Notes: generated by a model from the sequence alone, not told the origin. Numbered from the stretch's first letter, positions 8,325 through 16,244 are shown. The stretch is DNA of 34,494 nt from a bacterium (GCA_040753475.1 JBFMED010000073.1:1-34494), one strand, 5' to 3'. Numbers and translations: made by a program.

Positions 8325-9832
8325 AAATCGCATCGTCTAGTGAGATAAAAGAGATAGATAAAAAGGCAGGCGAATTGTATAACATCTCTCCCCTCATTTT
8401 AATGGAAAATGCTGGCATATCAGCATTTAATCTTTGTGTTTCAACCCTGAAAGAGATTGGGGGAAATAGGGTTGTTGTTTTTTGTGGTCCTGGAAATAAT
8501 GGAGGAGATGGCCTTGTTGTGGCAAGGCATTTATTTATCAAGGGATTTGATGTTAAGATTTATCTTGTAAATGGAAAAAAACAAAGACTTGAGAGAAAGA
8601 TAAACCTTGAGATTGTAAGAAAGCTTAACATCCCAATAATAGAGGAATTTGAACAAGCTGACCTTTTTGTTGATGGCTTGCTTGGAACGGGTATAGCAAA
8701 AGAGCCAGAGGGGAAAATAAGGGATTGCATTGATTTTATGAATTCTTCTGATAAAACCATTATCTCCCTTGATATTCCATCCGGGCTTTCCTCTGATTCT
8801 GGATTTTCCCTTGGATGTGCCATTAAAGCAGATAAGACAATAACCTTTGGTCTTCCAAAGATTGGCCAGGTTTTATACCCAGGCGTAGAATATGTTGGAA
8901 AGCTATATCTTTCAAGGATTTCCCTGGCCGATGAATTAAGTAAAGACATAAAGATAAACCTTTTAACTGGCTCTGAAATGGCAAGCCTTCTTCCTAAAAG
9001 ACCTTTAAACTCACACAAGGGCAATTTTGGTAAGATTCTTGTTATCGCAGGCTCGGTGGGAATGACCGGTGCGGCAACCTTATGTTGTCAGGGTGCGATG
9101 AGTATGGGAGCTGGTCTGATTTATCTTGGAATTCCAGAAAGCTTAAACGATATAATGGAAATTAAGCTTACCGAGGTGATCACAAAGCCCCTGCCAGAGA
9201 CAAAGAAAAGAACACTCTCTCCCTCTGCATACAATGGAATTATAGAGCTGGCAAAGAAATGTGATGTTTGTATAATTGGACCTGGCATATCAAGACAGGG
9301 TGAAACAAAAAAGCTTATCCAAACCCTTGTTTCAAGACTTACCATCCCCATAATCCTTGATGCAGATGGAATTTCGGCAATTTCTCCTCAAGAAATTTCT
9401 GGAAAGAATATTTTAATTACGCCACACCCAAAGGAATTGGCAGATTTTGTTAAAATAAATGTAGATGAAATTCAAAGGGATAGAATTGGAATTGTCCAAA
9501 GGGTAATGGATGAATATAAAATTTCTATCCTCCTTAAAGGATTTAGGACACTAATTGGCTACAATGGGCAAATTTACATAAACCCAAGTGGAAATCCAGG
9601 AATGGCAACCGGTGGCACAGGTGATGTTTTATCTGGAATGATTGGCTCTCTGGTTGGTCAGGGTTTAAATCTTGGTGATTCTGCTTGTCTTTCTGCCTTC
9701 CTTCACGGCTTATCAGGCGATATAGCAAAGGAGGAAAAGGGAGAATATTCCCTTATTGCATCCGACCTTATAGATTTCCTTCCTTGGGCTATAGATGAAT
9801 GTAGAGAAAAATACAATGTGGAGGGGATATAA
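8321..9832 (+). CDS. nnr: Bifunctional NAD(P)H-hydrate repair enzyme (epimerase/dehydratase, YjeF family)
   Basis: N-terminal GPGNNGGDGLVVARHL and C-terminal GGTGDVLSG kinase-fold motif. ATGA overlap with the thrS stop. Confidence 0.85.
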   Translation: MKIASSSEIKEIDKKAGELYNISPLILMENAGISAFNLCVSTLKEIGGNRVVVFCGPGNNGGDGLVVARHLFIKGFDVKIYLVNGKKQRLERKINLEIVRKLNIPIIEEFEQADLFVDGLLGTGIAKEPEGKIRDCIDFMNSSDKTIISLDIPSGLSSDSGFSLGCAIKADKTITFGLPKIGQVLYPGVEYVGKLYLSRISLADELSKDIKINLLTGSEMASLLPKRPLNSHKGNFGKILVIAGSVGMTGAATLCCQGAMSMGAGLIYLGIPESLNDIMEIKLTEVITKPLPETKKRTLSPSAYNGIIELAKKCDVCIIGPGISRQGETKKLIQTLVSRLTIPIILDADGISAISPQEISGKNILITPHPKELADFVKINVDEIQRDRIGIVQRVMDEYKISILLKGFRTLIGYNGQIYINPSGNPGMATGGTGDVLSGMIGSLVGQGLNLGDSACLSAFLHGLSGDIAKEEKGEYSLIASDLIDFLPWAIDECREKYNVEGI

Positions 9833-9847
9833 AAATGCAAAGATTAA

Positions 9848-10022
9848 AATGTCTGTATGTATTTAGCTAGGTGAGAATAAAATGGAAAATAGGCACTTAA
9901 GGCACAGAGGCACAGAGTTTATTTGTTACTTGCTTTCTTTGTGCCTTTGTCCCTTTGTTCCTTTGTGCCTGTTTACGTCCCTTTGTGCCTAGCTATAGGG
10001 TAGCTAAACACATACAATGTCT
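9848..10022. mobile_element. MITE-like non-autonomous element with 15-bp terminal inverted repeats, internal inverted octamer arrays and a 7-bp flanking direct repeat
   Basis: AATGTCT | GTATGTATTTAGCTA (9855-9869) ... TAGCTAAACACATAC (10001-10015) | AATGTCT. Inside are AGGCACWK octamers (9891-9917) and the complementary CTTTGTSC octamers (9937-9990). No ORF. Confidence 0.6.
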
Positions 10023-10042
10023 GTTGTCTGTCTTCTTAAAAT

Positions 10043-11320
10043 ATGGGAAAAACATTAGCTTGTAAAATATTATCTAAAAAGGCAGAAAAAGGGGTAAGCC
10101 CTGGCGAATTTATAGAGATAGAGCCAGATATTGCCTTGGCTAATGATGTTACCGCCCCTCTTGCCATTAAGGAATTTAAGGCTACAAATAAGCCTTTGGC
10201 ATTTCCAAACAGGCTTGTTTTGGTCTCTGACCATTTTGTTCCCGCTAGGGATATAAGGTCGGCAAATCAGGCAAAGATTTTAAGGGATTTTGCAAAGGAA
10301 TACAATATCAAACATTATTTTAAGGAGGGTTCTGGAATTGAACATTGCCTATTGCCCGATGAAGGTATTGTCCTTCCTTCTGATGTTGTAATTGGTGCGG
10401 ATTCCCATACCTGCACATACGGTGCATTAGGTGCATTTTCAACCGGTGTAGGTTCAACCGACATTGCCTATTTTATGGCAACAGGAAAAATATGGCTTAA
10501 GGTTCCTGAAAGTATGAGGATTGTCTTCAAAGGAAATCTAGCCAAATATGTCTCTGGAAAGGATTTGATTCTCTATACAATTGGAAAAATTGGGGTTGAT
10601 GGAGCAAATTATATGAGTATGGAATTTTGTGGAGATGCAATAAAAAGCCTCTCTATGGCGGGTAGATTTACAATGTGCAATATGGCAATTGAGGCAGGAG
10701 CAAAGGCGGGAATTGTTGAGCCAGATGAGAAGACGATGGAATATGTAAAGAATAGAGCACCAGAGCAGCCTACTAGCACCAGAGCACCAGACTATAAAAT
10801 ACATAAAGCTGATTCTGATGCAGAATACAAAGAAACATATGAGTTTAATTGCAGTGATATAGATTGCCAGGTAGCCTTGCCACACCTTCCGTCAAATACA
10901 AAGTCTGTAAAGGAAGTAGGCGATATTAAAATAGACCAGGCATTTATTGGCTCTTGCACAAATGGAAGGCTTGATGATTTAAGAATCTCGGCAGAAATCT
11001 TAAAAGGGAAAAAAATAAATCCCGATATCAGGCTTATCATAATCCCAGGAACACAAGAAATTTATAAAGAGGCGATAAAAGAGGGATTGATTGATGTATT
11101 CATTGATGCAGGCGGGATTATTTCCTGTCCTACCTGTGGCCCCTGCCTTGGTGGCCATATGGGTGTATTGGCAGATTTTGAAAAATGTATCTCAACCACG
11201 AATAGGAATTTTATAGGAAGGATGGGAAGCCTGAAGGGAGAGGTCTATCTGGCAGGTTCTGCTGTGGTTTCTGCTTCTGCGATTACTGGAAAGATAACCC
11301 ATCCCAATGAAGTAATATGA
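10043..11320 (+). CDS. leuC: 3-isopropylmalate/homoaconitate dehydratase large subunit (short, archaeal-type)
   Basis: Aconitase-family cluster ligand contexts DSHTCTYGALGAF, GSCTNGR and CGPCLGGH. About 420 aa. Confidence 0.85.
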   Translation: MGKTLACKILSKKAEKGVSPGEFIEIEPDIALANDVTAPLAIKEFKATNKPLAFPNRLVLVSDHFVPARDIRSANQAKILRDFAKEYNIKHYFKEGSGIEHCLLPDEGIVLPSDVVIGADSHTCTYGALGAFSTGVGSTDIAYFMATGKIWLKVPESMRIVFKGNLAKYVSGKDLILYTIGKIGVDGANYMSMEFCGDAIKSLSMAGRFTMCNMAIEAGAKAGIVEPDEKTMEYVKNRAPEQPTSTRAPDYKIHKADSDAEYKETYEFNCSDIDCQVALPHLPSNTKSVKEVGDIKIDQAFIGSCTNGRLDDLRISAEILKGKKINPDIRLIIIPGTQEIYKEAIKEGLIDVFIDAGGIISCPTCGPCLGGHMGVLADFEKCISTTNRNFIGRMGSLKGEVYLAGSAVVSASAITGKITHPNEVI

Positions 11321-11781
11321 TTGAAGGAATTGCTTATAAATTTAGGGATAATATAAATACGGATGAGATAATCCCAGCCACCTACCTTGATACAACAGAC
11401 GAAAGGGAGCTTGGCTGCCATTGTATGGAGGGAATTGAAGGAGGAACTAGGATAAAAGAGGGAGGAATTATTGTCTCTGGCTCTAATTTTGGCTGTGGCT
11501 CATCAAGGGAGCATGCACCCCTTTCTATAAAGGGAAGGGGGATAAGGGCAGTTATCGCAAAATCATTTGCCAGGATATTCTTTAGAAATAGCATAAATAT
11601 CGGGCTTTTTGTCTTTGAATGCAAAGAGGCTGATGATATAGATGGAGGAGATAAATTAAGAATATTGGAAGACAAGGGAATAATAGAGAATAGGACAAAG
11701 AATAAAACCTATAAAATAATGCCCCTTCCAGAATTTATGCAAAGAATCATTAGAGCCGGTGGCTTGATGAGGTCGCTATGA
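11317..11781 (+). CDS. leuD: 3-isopropylmalate/homoaconitate dehydratase small subunit
   Basis: NINTDEIIPA and GSNFGCGSSREHA. ATGA overlap with leuC. Confidence 0.85.
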   Translation: MIEGIAYKFRDNINTDEIIPATYLDTTDERELGCHCMEGIEGGTRIKEGGIIVSGSNFGCGSSREHAPLSIKGRGIRAVIAKSFARIFFRNSINIGLFVFECKEADDIDGGDKLRILEDKGIIENRTKNKTYKIMPLPEFMQRIIRAGGLMRSL

Positions 11782-12266
11782 TTCTTACCATAAAAAGATA
11801 CGGAAATCCCATATTGAGAAAAGAGGCATCGGATGTCAGAAAAATAGATGAGAAAATAAGAAAGATAGCATCTGATATGATAGAAACGCTCATTGCTGCT
11901 AATGGTCTTGGTCTTGCGGGAAATCAGGTTGGTATTTTGAAAAGAATAATTGTTGTGCGAATAAAAGAAAAGCCATTTGTCATTCTTAATCCAAAGGCTA
12001 TAAGCACAAGCGGAATTGTTGAAGAGGCATCTGAGGGTTGCCTGTCCTTTCCTTCCTTATTTGGCAATGTCCAAAGGGCTTTTACTATTACATTTAGGGG
12101 GCTTAATATAAACGGTGATGAGATTACAGGAGAGATAAGTGGATTACCTGCAAGGGCAATTCAGCATGAAATAGACCATCTTGACGGCATTTTGTTTATT
12201 GACAGGATGGATGAAAGCGAAAGAAAAAAGCTATTGGCTTTGTGGAGAAAGATAAAAATTACTTAA
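11778..12266 (+). CDS. def: Peptide deformylase
   Basis: GLAGNQVG, EGCLSFP and QHEIDHLDG are the three deformylase motifs. Confidence 0.9.
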   Translation: MILTIKRYGNPILRKEASDVRKIDEKIRKIASDMIETLIAANGLGLAGNQVGILKRIIVVRIKEKPFVILNPKAISTSGIVEEASEGCLSFPSLFGNVQRAFTITFRGLNINGDEITGEISGLPARAIQHEIDHLDGILFIDRMDESERKKLLALWRKIKIT

Positions 12267-12646
12267 GTCAAACATTTAATCCATATCTCCCTTTCCCTTG
12301 GTCCATCAAACTCACACAAAAATATCCTCTGCCATGTTCCCAAAACAAGCCTTTTATCCTTTACAAAAATAGAGAGAGAAGAGCCAATAATGGATGCCTT
12401 TATGTGAGCATCGGAGTTTCCCTCACTATGACGGAAATATGGGGAATCCCTTTTGATAATATTTGAAAGGCATTTTATGATATCAGAACAAACCTCTGGG
12501 TCATATCCTTCGTTTATGGTTATGGCACAGGTTGTATGGGGAACAAAGAGGTAAATAATGCCATCTTTATCTATTTCTCCTTTAATTTTTTCTGTAATAT
12601 CAACAAAAACCTCCCTCTTTGTTGTCGCTACATTTATAATCTTCAT
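12263..12646 (-). CDS. yjbQ: YjbQ/UPF0047 family protein (secondary thiamine-phosphate synthase)
   Basis: HTTCAITINE and GNSDAHIKASIIGSS. Confidence 0.75.
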   Translation of the reverse strand: MKIINVATTKREVFVDITEKIKGEIDKDGIIYLFVPHTTCAITINEGYDPEVCSDIIKCLSNIIKRDSPYFRHSEGNSDAHIKASIIGSSLSIFVKDKRLVLGTWQRIFLCEFDGPREREIWIKCLT

Positions 12647-12673
12647 CCCGTTAGAAATCCCCTTAATTTTGTG

Positions 12674-12702
12674 ATTATATTGAAATTTTTCATATTGCCC
12701 AA
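12674..12702 (-). promoter_or_regulatory. Putative yjbQ promoter TTGGGC-N17-TATAAT
   Basis: Minus strand reads TTGGGCaatatgaaaaatttcaaTATAAT, then 27 nt including AAGGGGA before the ATG. Confidence 0.35.
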
Positions 12703-12725
12703 ATTTGCTAAATTTCTAACGGGAA

Positions 12726-12929
12726 TCATTTACACCCTGAACAAGTTGTTTTTGCACAAGAGGCACAAGAAGAAACACTTTCTCCCTGACTGCTTGTTTT
12801 TATCATAAAAGCCGTGTAAACCCTCTTTACATCCTTATTTTGACAAACATCGCATATTACTTCCTCCCTTCCATTGAGGATGTCAAACTTTCTATTGCAT
12901 TTATTACAGAGATATGTATAAATAGCCAT
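12726..12929 (-). CDS. FmdB-family zinc-ribbon protein
   Basis: MAIYTYLCNKCNRKFD...CDVCQ fits the N-terminal CxxC...CxxC zinc ribbon of this family. Cys-rich tail. Confidence 0.65.
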   Translation of the reverse strand: MAIYTYLCNKCNRKFDILNGREEVICDVCQNKDVKRVYTAFMIKTSSQGESVSSCASCAKTTCSGCK

Positions 12930-12938
12930 TTTAAATGT

Positions 12939-12967
12939 ATTATAATATCTTCTAAATCTATTAGCAA
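12939..12967 (-). promoter_or_regulatory. Putative promoter TTGCTA-N17-TATAAT, with the -10 ending 9 nt before the ATG at 12929
   Basis: Minus strand reads TTGCTAatagatttagaagatatTATAATacatttaaaATG. Confidence 0.4.
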
Positions 12968-13028
12968 GATAAATGAATGCAAAATTTATTAGGAGGGGAG
13001 GGGATTAGAAATCCTTGACAGAAAGATC

Positions 13029-13058
13029 TTGACAGAAAGATAAAGATAATAGTATCCT
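13029..13058 (+). promoter_or_regulatory. Putative csp promoter TTGACA-N18-TATCCT, within a tandem CTTGACAGAAAGAT duplication
   Basis: CTTGACAGAAAGAT occurs twice (13014-13041). The second TTGACA has a TAnnnT hexamer 18 nt downstream. This implies a leader of about 115 nt. Confidence 0.35.
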
Positions 13059-13116
13059 AATATAAATTTAGCACTATAGTAGTGCAAGTAAAAAATAAGG
13101 ACAAAGAATTTTGAAG

Positions 13117-13163
13117 AAACCGCAAGGTTTTTCTAGTGATTTGTATTCCTTGCGGTTTTTTGT
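13117..13163 (+). terminator. Intrinsic-terminator-like hairpin inside the csp leader (possible attenuator)
   Basis: AAACCGCAAGG (13117-13127), a 20-nt loop, CCTTGCGGTTT (13148-13158), then TTTTGTTT. It ends about 18 nt before the csp ATG, just ahead of GGAGGTGA. Confidence 0.45.
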
Positions 13164-13180
13164 TTATCTGGAGGTGAGAA

Positions 13181-13378
13181 ATGAAAGGAAAAGTTAAAAG
13201 GCTAATCCGTGATAGAGGCTTTGGTTTTATTGAGGCTGAAGATGGCAAAGATATATTCTTCCATCAAACCTGCCTTACAAACACAAGTTTTGAGAGCTTA
13301 AATGAAGGTAGCTCTGTAGAATTTGATGTTGAGAAATCCTCTAAGGGTTTGCGGGCTACCAATGTAAAAGTCGGCTAA
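13181..13378 (+). CDS. Cold-shock domain protein
   Basis: 65 aa with RGFGFIE (RNP1-like) and DIFFH (RNP2-like). Strong SD GGAGGTGA. Confidence 0.85.
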   Translation: MKGKVKRLIRDRGFGFIEAEDGKDIFFHQTCLTNTSFESLNEGSSVEFDVEKSSKGLRATNVKVG

Positions 13379-13446
13379 TTTCTTACCGTCTATAAAGGGA
13401 TATTGAATTTAAACCAAGGGGTTATTGTGCCAGTTTAGCGAGATGG

Positions 13447-13475
13447 TTGCTCTTTAGTGGAAATTTAGTTATAAT
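13447..13475 (+). promoter_or_regulatory. Putative iscU promoter TTGCTC-N17-TATAAT, with the -10 ending 6 nt before the ATG
   Basis: TTGCTCtttagtggaaatttagtTATAATaaagctATG, with no SD. Confidence 0.45.
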
Positions 13476-13481
13476 AAAGCT

Positions 13482-13859
13482 ATGCAATACTCAGAGAAGG
13501 TAATGGAGCATTTTAGAAACCCAAGGAATGTTGGAGAGATTGAAAATGCCGATGGTGTAGGTCATGTGGGAAACCCGGTTTGCGGAGATATAATGGAGCT
13601 TTATATCAAGGTAGAACAGGGTATAATAAAAGATGCAAAATTTAAGACATTTGGCTGTGGTGCGGCTATTGCTACAAGCTCAATGGTTACAGAGCTTGTA
13701 AAAGGAAAGACAATAAGCGAGGCTCTACAAATATCAGATCAGGCTGTAGCAGAAGCATTAGGGGGCCTTCCACCTATCAAAATGCATTGCTCCCTCTTGG
13801 CAGAAGAAGCCCTTAAAGGAGCAATCAATGATTATCTTAAGAAACGGGATTCGGGATAA
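13482..13859 (+). CDS. iscU: Fe-S cluster assembly scaffold IscU/NifU N-terminal type
   Basis: NPVCGD, FGCGAAIATSS and MHCSLLAEEAL provide the three conserved Cys contexts. Confidence 0.9.
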   Translation: MQYSEKVMEHFRNPRNVGEIENADGVGHVGNPVCGDIMELYIKVEQGIIKDAKFKTFGCGAAIATSSMVTELVKGKTISEALQISDQAVAEALGGLPPIKMHCSLLAEEALKGAINDYLKKRDSG

Positions 13860-13873
13860 CGGGATTCGGAGTA
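13845..13873 (+). repeat. CGGGATT heptamer repeats spanning the iscU stop codon
   Basis: CGGGATT CGGGATA a CGGGATT CGGAGTA. The TAA stop (13857-13859) and the last residues RDSG are repeat-derived. Confidence 0.7.
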
Positions 13874-13881
13874 AAGAAGTT

Positions 13882-13896
13882 TGTATGTGTTTAGCT
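13882..13896 (+). repeat. Solo copy of the MITE-type terminal repeat TGTATGTGTTTAGCT
   Basis: Exact reverse-complement match to 10002-10016. One mismatch to 9854-9868. Confidence 0.65.
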
Positions 13897-13969
13897 GTTT
13901 CAAATTCATTCACTTTTAAGAAATTTTGAATTCTAAATAATGTTCTATATCCCTCCTTCTTTATTTTCA

Positions 13970-13999
13970 TTGACTTAATGTAAGAAGGGTTGATAAAAT
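13970..13999 (+). promoter_or_regulatory. Putative dedA promoter TTGACT-N18-TAAAAT (with TGn extension), with the -10 ending 6 nt before the ATG
   Basis: TTGACTtaatgtaagaagggtTGaTAAAATttttttATG. Confidence 0.45.
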
Positions 14000-14005
14000 T
14001 TTTTT

Positions 14006-14659
14006 ATGGAATTAAACATTATTAAAGATTTCGTTGATATCCTTCTTAATTTAGATAAACACCTTTCTCTGGTTATTGAAAATTATGGTCTGTGGACATA
14101 TTTAATCCTTTTCCTTATAATTTTTTGTGAAACAGGTCTTGTGGTAACCCCAATTCTTCCTGGAGATTCTTTACTTTTTGCCTCAGGGGCACTTATAGCA
14201 GGAAATGCATTAAATATACATTACCTATTCATATTGCTTAGCCTTGCGGCTATAGGAGGAGACACAGTAAATTACTGGATTGGATATTTTGTAGGACCTA
14301 AGGTATTTCATTACGAAAATGTGCGTTTCCTCAACAAAAAGCACCTTGAACGCACACATAGATTTTATGAAAAATATGGAGGAAAAACAATTGTCCTTGC
14401 CCGATTTATCCCAATTATTCGGACATTCGCACCATTTGTCGCGGGCATTGGCACAATGAGCTATAGAAAATTTATTGCTTACAATATCTTTGGGGGTATA
14501 ATGTGGATTTTAATTTTCTTATATGGTGGCTTTTATTTTGGCAACATTCCCTTAGTCAAAAGGCATTTTAGCATAGTTATTTTTGTCATCATCTTTATCT
14601 CTATCCTTCCTGGCATAATAGAATTTGTCCGCCATAAGCTTAAAAAAGTAACCACTTAA
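14006..14659 (+). CDS. dedA: DedA family membrane protein
   Basis: PGDSLLF and [16 protein letters not shown], with multiple TM segments. Confidence 0.85.
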   Translation: MELNIIKDFVDILLNLDKHLSLVIENYGLWTYLILFLIIFCETGLVVTPILPGDSLLFASGALIAGNALNIHYLFILLSLAAIGGDTVNYWIGYFVGPKVFHYENVRFLNKKHLERTHRFYEKYGGKTIVLARFIPIIRTFAPFVAGIGTMSYRKFIAYNIFGGIMWILIFLYGGFYFGNIPLVKRHFSIVIFVIIFISILPGIIEFVRHKLKKVTT

Positions 14660-14666
14660 CCTATCG

Positions 14667-15059
14667 TTAGTCAACAACTAATATCCCAGATGCGGCAAGA
14701 AGGAGGATAATAGCCTGTAATAAGGAAAGAAAGAAATAGATTTTATCCTTCTTTTTATAAAATATGGGAATAATCCCAAGAAAGCAGATAATTGTAATGC
14801 CCGAGAGAAAGGCAATCCCTATAAAGTTAAGGAAATCTCCATTACTAAGCAAGCTAATCCATAACCAACCCTGTGGGATGCTGGTAGCTTTAAGGTAATC
14901 CTTTGTTGACATAGCCCAGTATTTTGGAAGGGAAGAAATAGGAATGTAGGGAGGAATGATTCCAAAGATGTAGAGGATAAAGCTTATGATTAAAATAAAA
15001 AGCCCAATCCTTGTCCCTAATTTTAAAATCTTTGCATAAAGAACCTGCTCTTCCTTCAT
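14667..15059 (-). CDS. Small integral membrane protein (possibly DUF1634-like partner of TauE)
   Basis: Three to four hydrophobic helices. The ATG at 15059 overlaps the tauE stop as ATGA, and I prefer it to the TTG at 15065 in the track. The family assignment is from memory of TauE/DUF1634 gene pairs. Confidence 0.5.
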   Translation of the reverse strand: MKEEQVLYAKILKLGTRIGLFILIISFILYIFGIIPPYIPISSLPKYWAMSTKDYLKATSIPQGWLWISLLSNGDFLNFIGIAFLSGITIICFLGIIPIFYKKKDKIYFFLSLLQAIILLLAASGILVVD

Positions 15060-15904
15060 AGCCAAATCCCAAAGCCCTTGAGCAATGACCTTATCCCTAC
15101 AAAGATAAGCAAGGCAATCACGATATAGCGAATAATCTTAGGATGTGTCTTGGTAAGAAGCCTTACCCCAACCTTTGTTCCCAGCATTACCCCAAAGATA
15201 GAGGGGATAACAATCATAGGAAAAAGACAACCCTTGGTTATATAAACCCAGGCAGCCGATGTATCGGTGATGGAAAGGAGAAAAACGCTTGTTCCTACCG
15301 CAAGCTTTAAGGGAACACCCATAATTAAATTTAAAATAGAGACATTTGCCCATCCTGCACCAATCCCAAACATCCCTGCAATAAACCCAACCATGATAAA
15401 GAGAAAAAGCCCCCTTCTCATTCGGTGTATTTTCCAGTGAATCTCCTTTTCTTTTGATTCCTCATAATAGCTACCATTTATCTTAAGCAAAGAGGGAAGA
15501 CCTCCCTCCTTTTTTACGCTAGGATACTCGGTGCTTTTTGAAAGGACAAAAATTATAGCAATTGCAATCACAAGGATTCCCAAAGAGACTTGGATAATAT
15601 TGGTTGGTAAGACAAGACCAAGCATTGCCCCAAATATGGATGAGATAGAGGCTATTAAAGCACAGGGAATAGAGAGCCTTAAGTTTGCCAAGCCCTTTTC
15701 AAGGAGCTTTGGCCCGGCAGATAAAGAGCCACAAAGGGCAAGTAATAAACCACTACAACGGATGAAATCAATATGAAAGGGAAAGAAACCGCTTACTATA
15801 GGAACGAATAAAGTTCCCCCTCCCAAACCCCCCAAAACCCCAACGATTCCAATAAAAAAGCTTACAATGAATAAAATAAGGGGATAAATCCACCAATCAA
15901 TCAT
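15056..15904 (-). CDS. tauE: TauE/SafE (TSUP, DUF81) family anion permease
   Basis: GVLGGLGGGTLFVPIV in the first half and a GIGAGW-type glycine-rich helix in the second half, giving a two-repeat TM topology. I start it at MIDWW (15904), 1 nt after the upstream stop. Confidence 0.8.
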   Translation of the reverse strand: MIDWWIYPLILFIVSFFIGIVGVLGGLGGGTLFVPIVSGFFPFHIDFIRCSGLLLALCGSLSAGPKLLEKGLANLRLSIPCALIASISSIFGAMLGLVLPTNIIQVSLGILVIAIAIIFVLSKSTEYPSVKKEGGLPSLLKINGSYYEESKEKEIHWKIHRMRRGLFLFIMVGFIAGMFGIGAGWANVSILNLIMGVPLKLAVGTSVFLLSITDTSAAWVYITKGCLFPMIVIPSIFGVMLGTKVGVRLLTKTHPKIIRYIVIALLIFVGIRSLLKGFGIWL

Positions 15905-15905
15905 T

Positions 15906-16244
15906 TTAAGGATAGTAATGGCAAGAAAAGCATAATGGCTTTGCTCCAACAAAATTATGGCATCTGTTGCAAAATTCATCCCTATTTTTATGACATTCCC
16001 TACAACTTGTCAAAGTAAAAGAGCCCCTTATTCCCTCTCTCACCACCTTATCCCTTGCCTCTTTTAATAAATTCATATGGCTTGCCCTCATAACATTTCT
16101 CTCCTTTAGACATCTTCCCTTTGGAAGCTTTATCTCTGGCTCTGGAATTTTATCACTTATTCTTCCTCCCATAACATTTAGCACGAATGGGAAAGAGAAA
16201 ACCACCAAGAAAACTATCAAACCACCTATAACTAATTTATACAT
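15906..16244 (-). CDS. DsrJ-like triheme cytochrome c, second copy
   Basis: N-terminal TM anchor and three CxxCH motifs (CRECH, CNRCH, CFSCH). 57 of 77 hand-aligned C-terminal residues are identical to dsrJ at 32807-33121. The ATG at 16244 overlaps the qmoC stop by 8 nt. Confidence 0.75.
   Translation of the reverse strand: MYKLVIGGLIVFLVVFSFPFVLNVMGGRISDKIPEPEIKLPKGRCLKERNVMRASHMNLLKEARDKVVREGIRGSFTLTSCRECHKNRDEFCNRCHNFVGAKPLCFSCHYYP

Noticed and set aside
9891-9990. Short repeat cluster considered as a mini-CRISPR or tRNA-like structure
   Set aside because: The units are only 8 nt and contiguous, and they are arranged as two complementary arrays inside terminal inverted repeats. This fits a MITE-like hairpin, not a CRISPR array or a cloverleaf.
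9833-10042. Intergenic gaps (4063-4148, 6481-6623, 9833-10042, 12930-13180, 13379-13481, 13860-14005) screened by eye for tRNA, rRNA or riboswitch-like GC-rich structured RNAs
   Set aside because: I saw no cloverleaf-compatible stems, conserved T-loop or D-loop sequences, or rRNA-like stretches. This was not checked with tRNAscan-SE or Infernal, which would be decisive.
15905-15979. Long N-terminal extensions given by the track for tauE (15979), the dsrJ-like gene (16301), qmoA (21293) and aprB (24616)
   Set aside because: Each extension would overlap the upstream gene by 36-75 nt. Internal ATGs at 15904, 16244, 21239 and 24580 give canonical N-termini (signal anchor, GGG FAD motif, MPSFVI) and tight or SD-preceded junctions.
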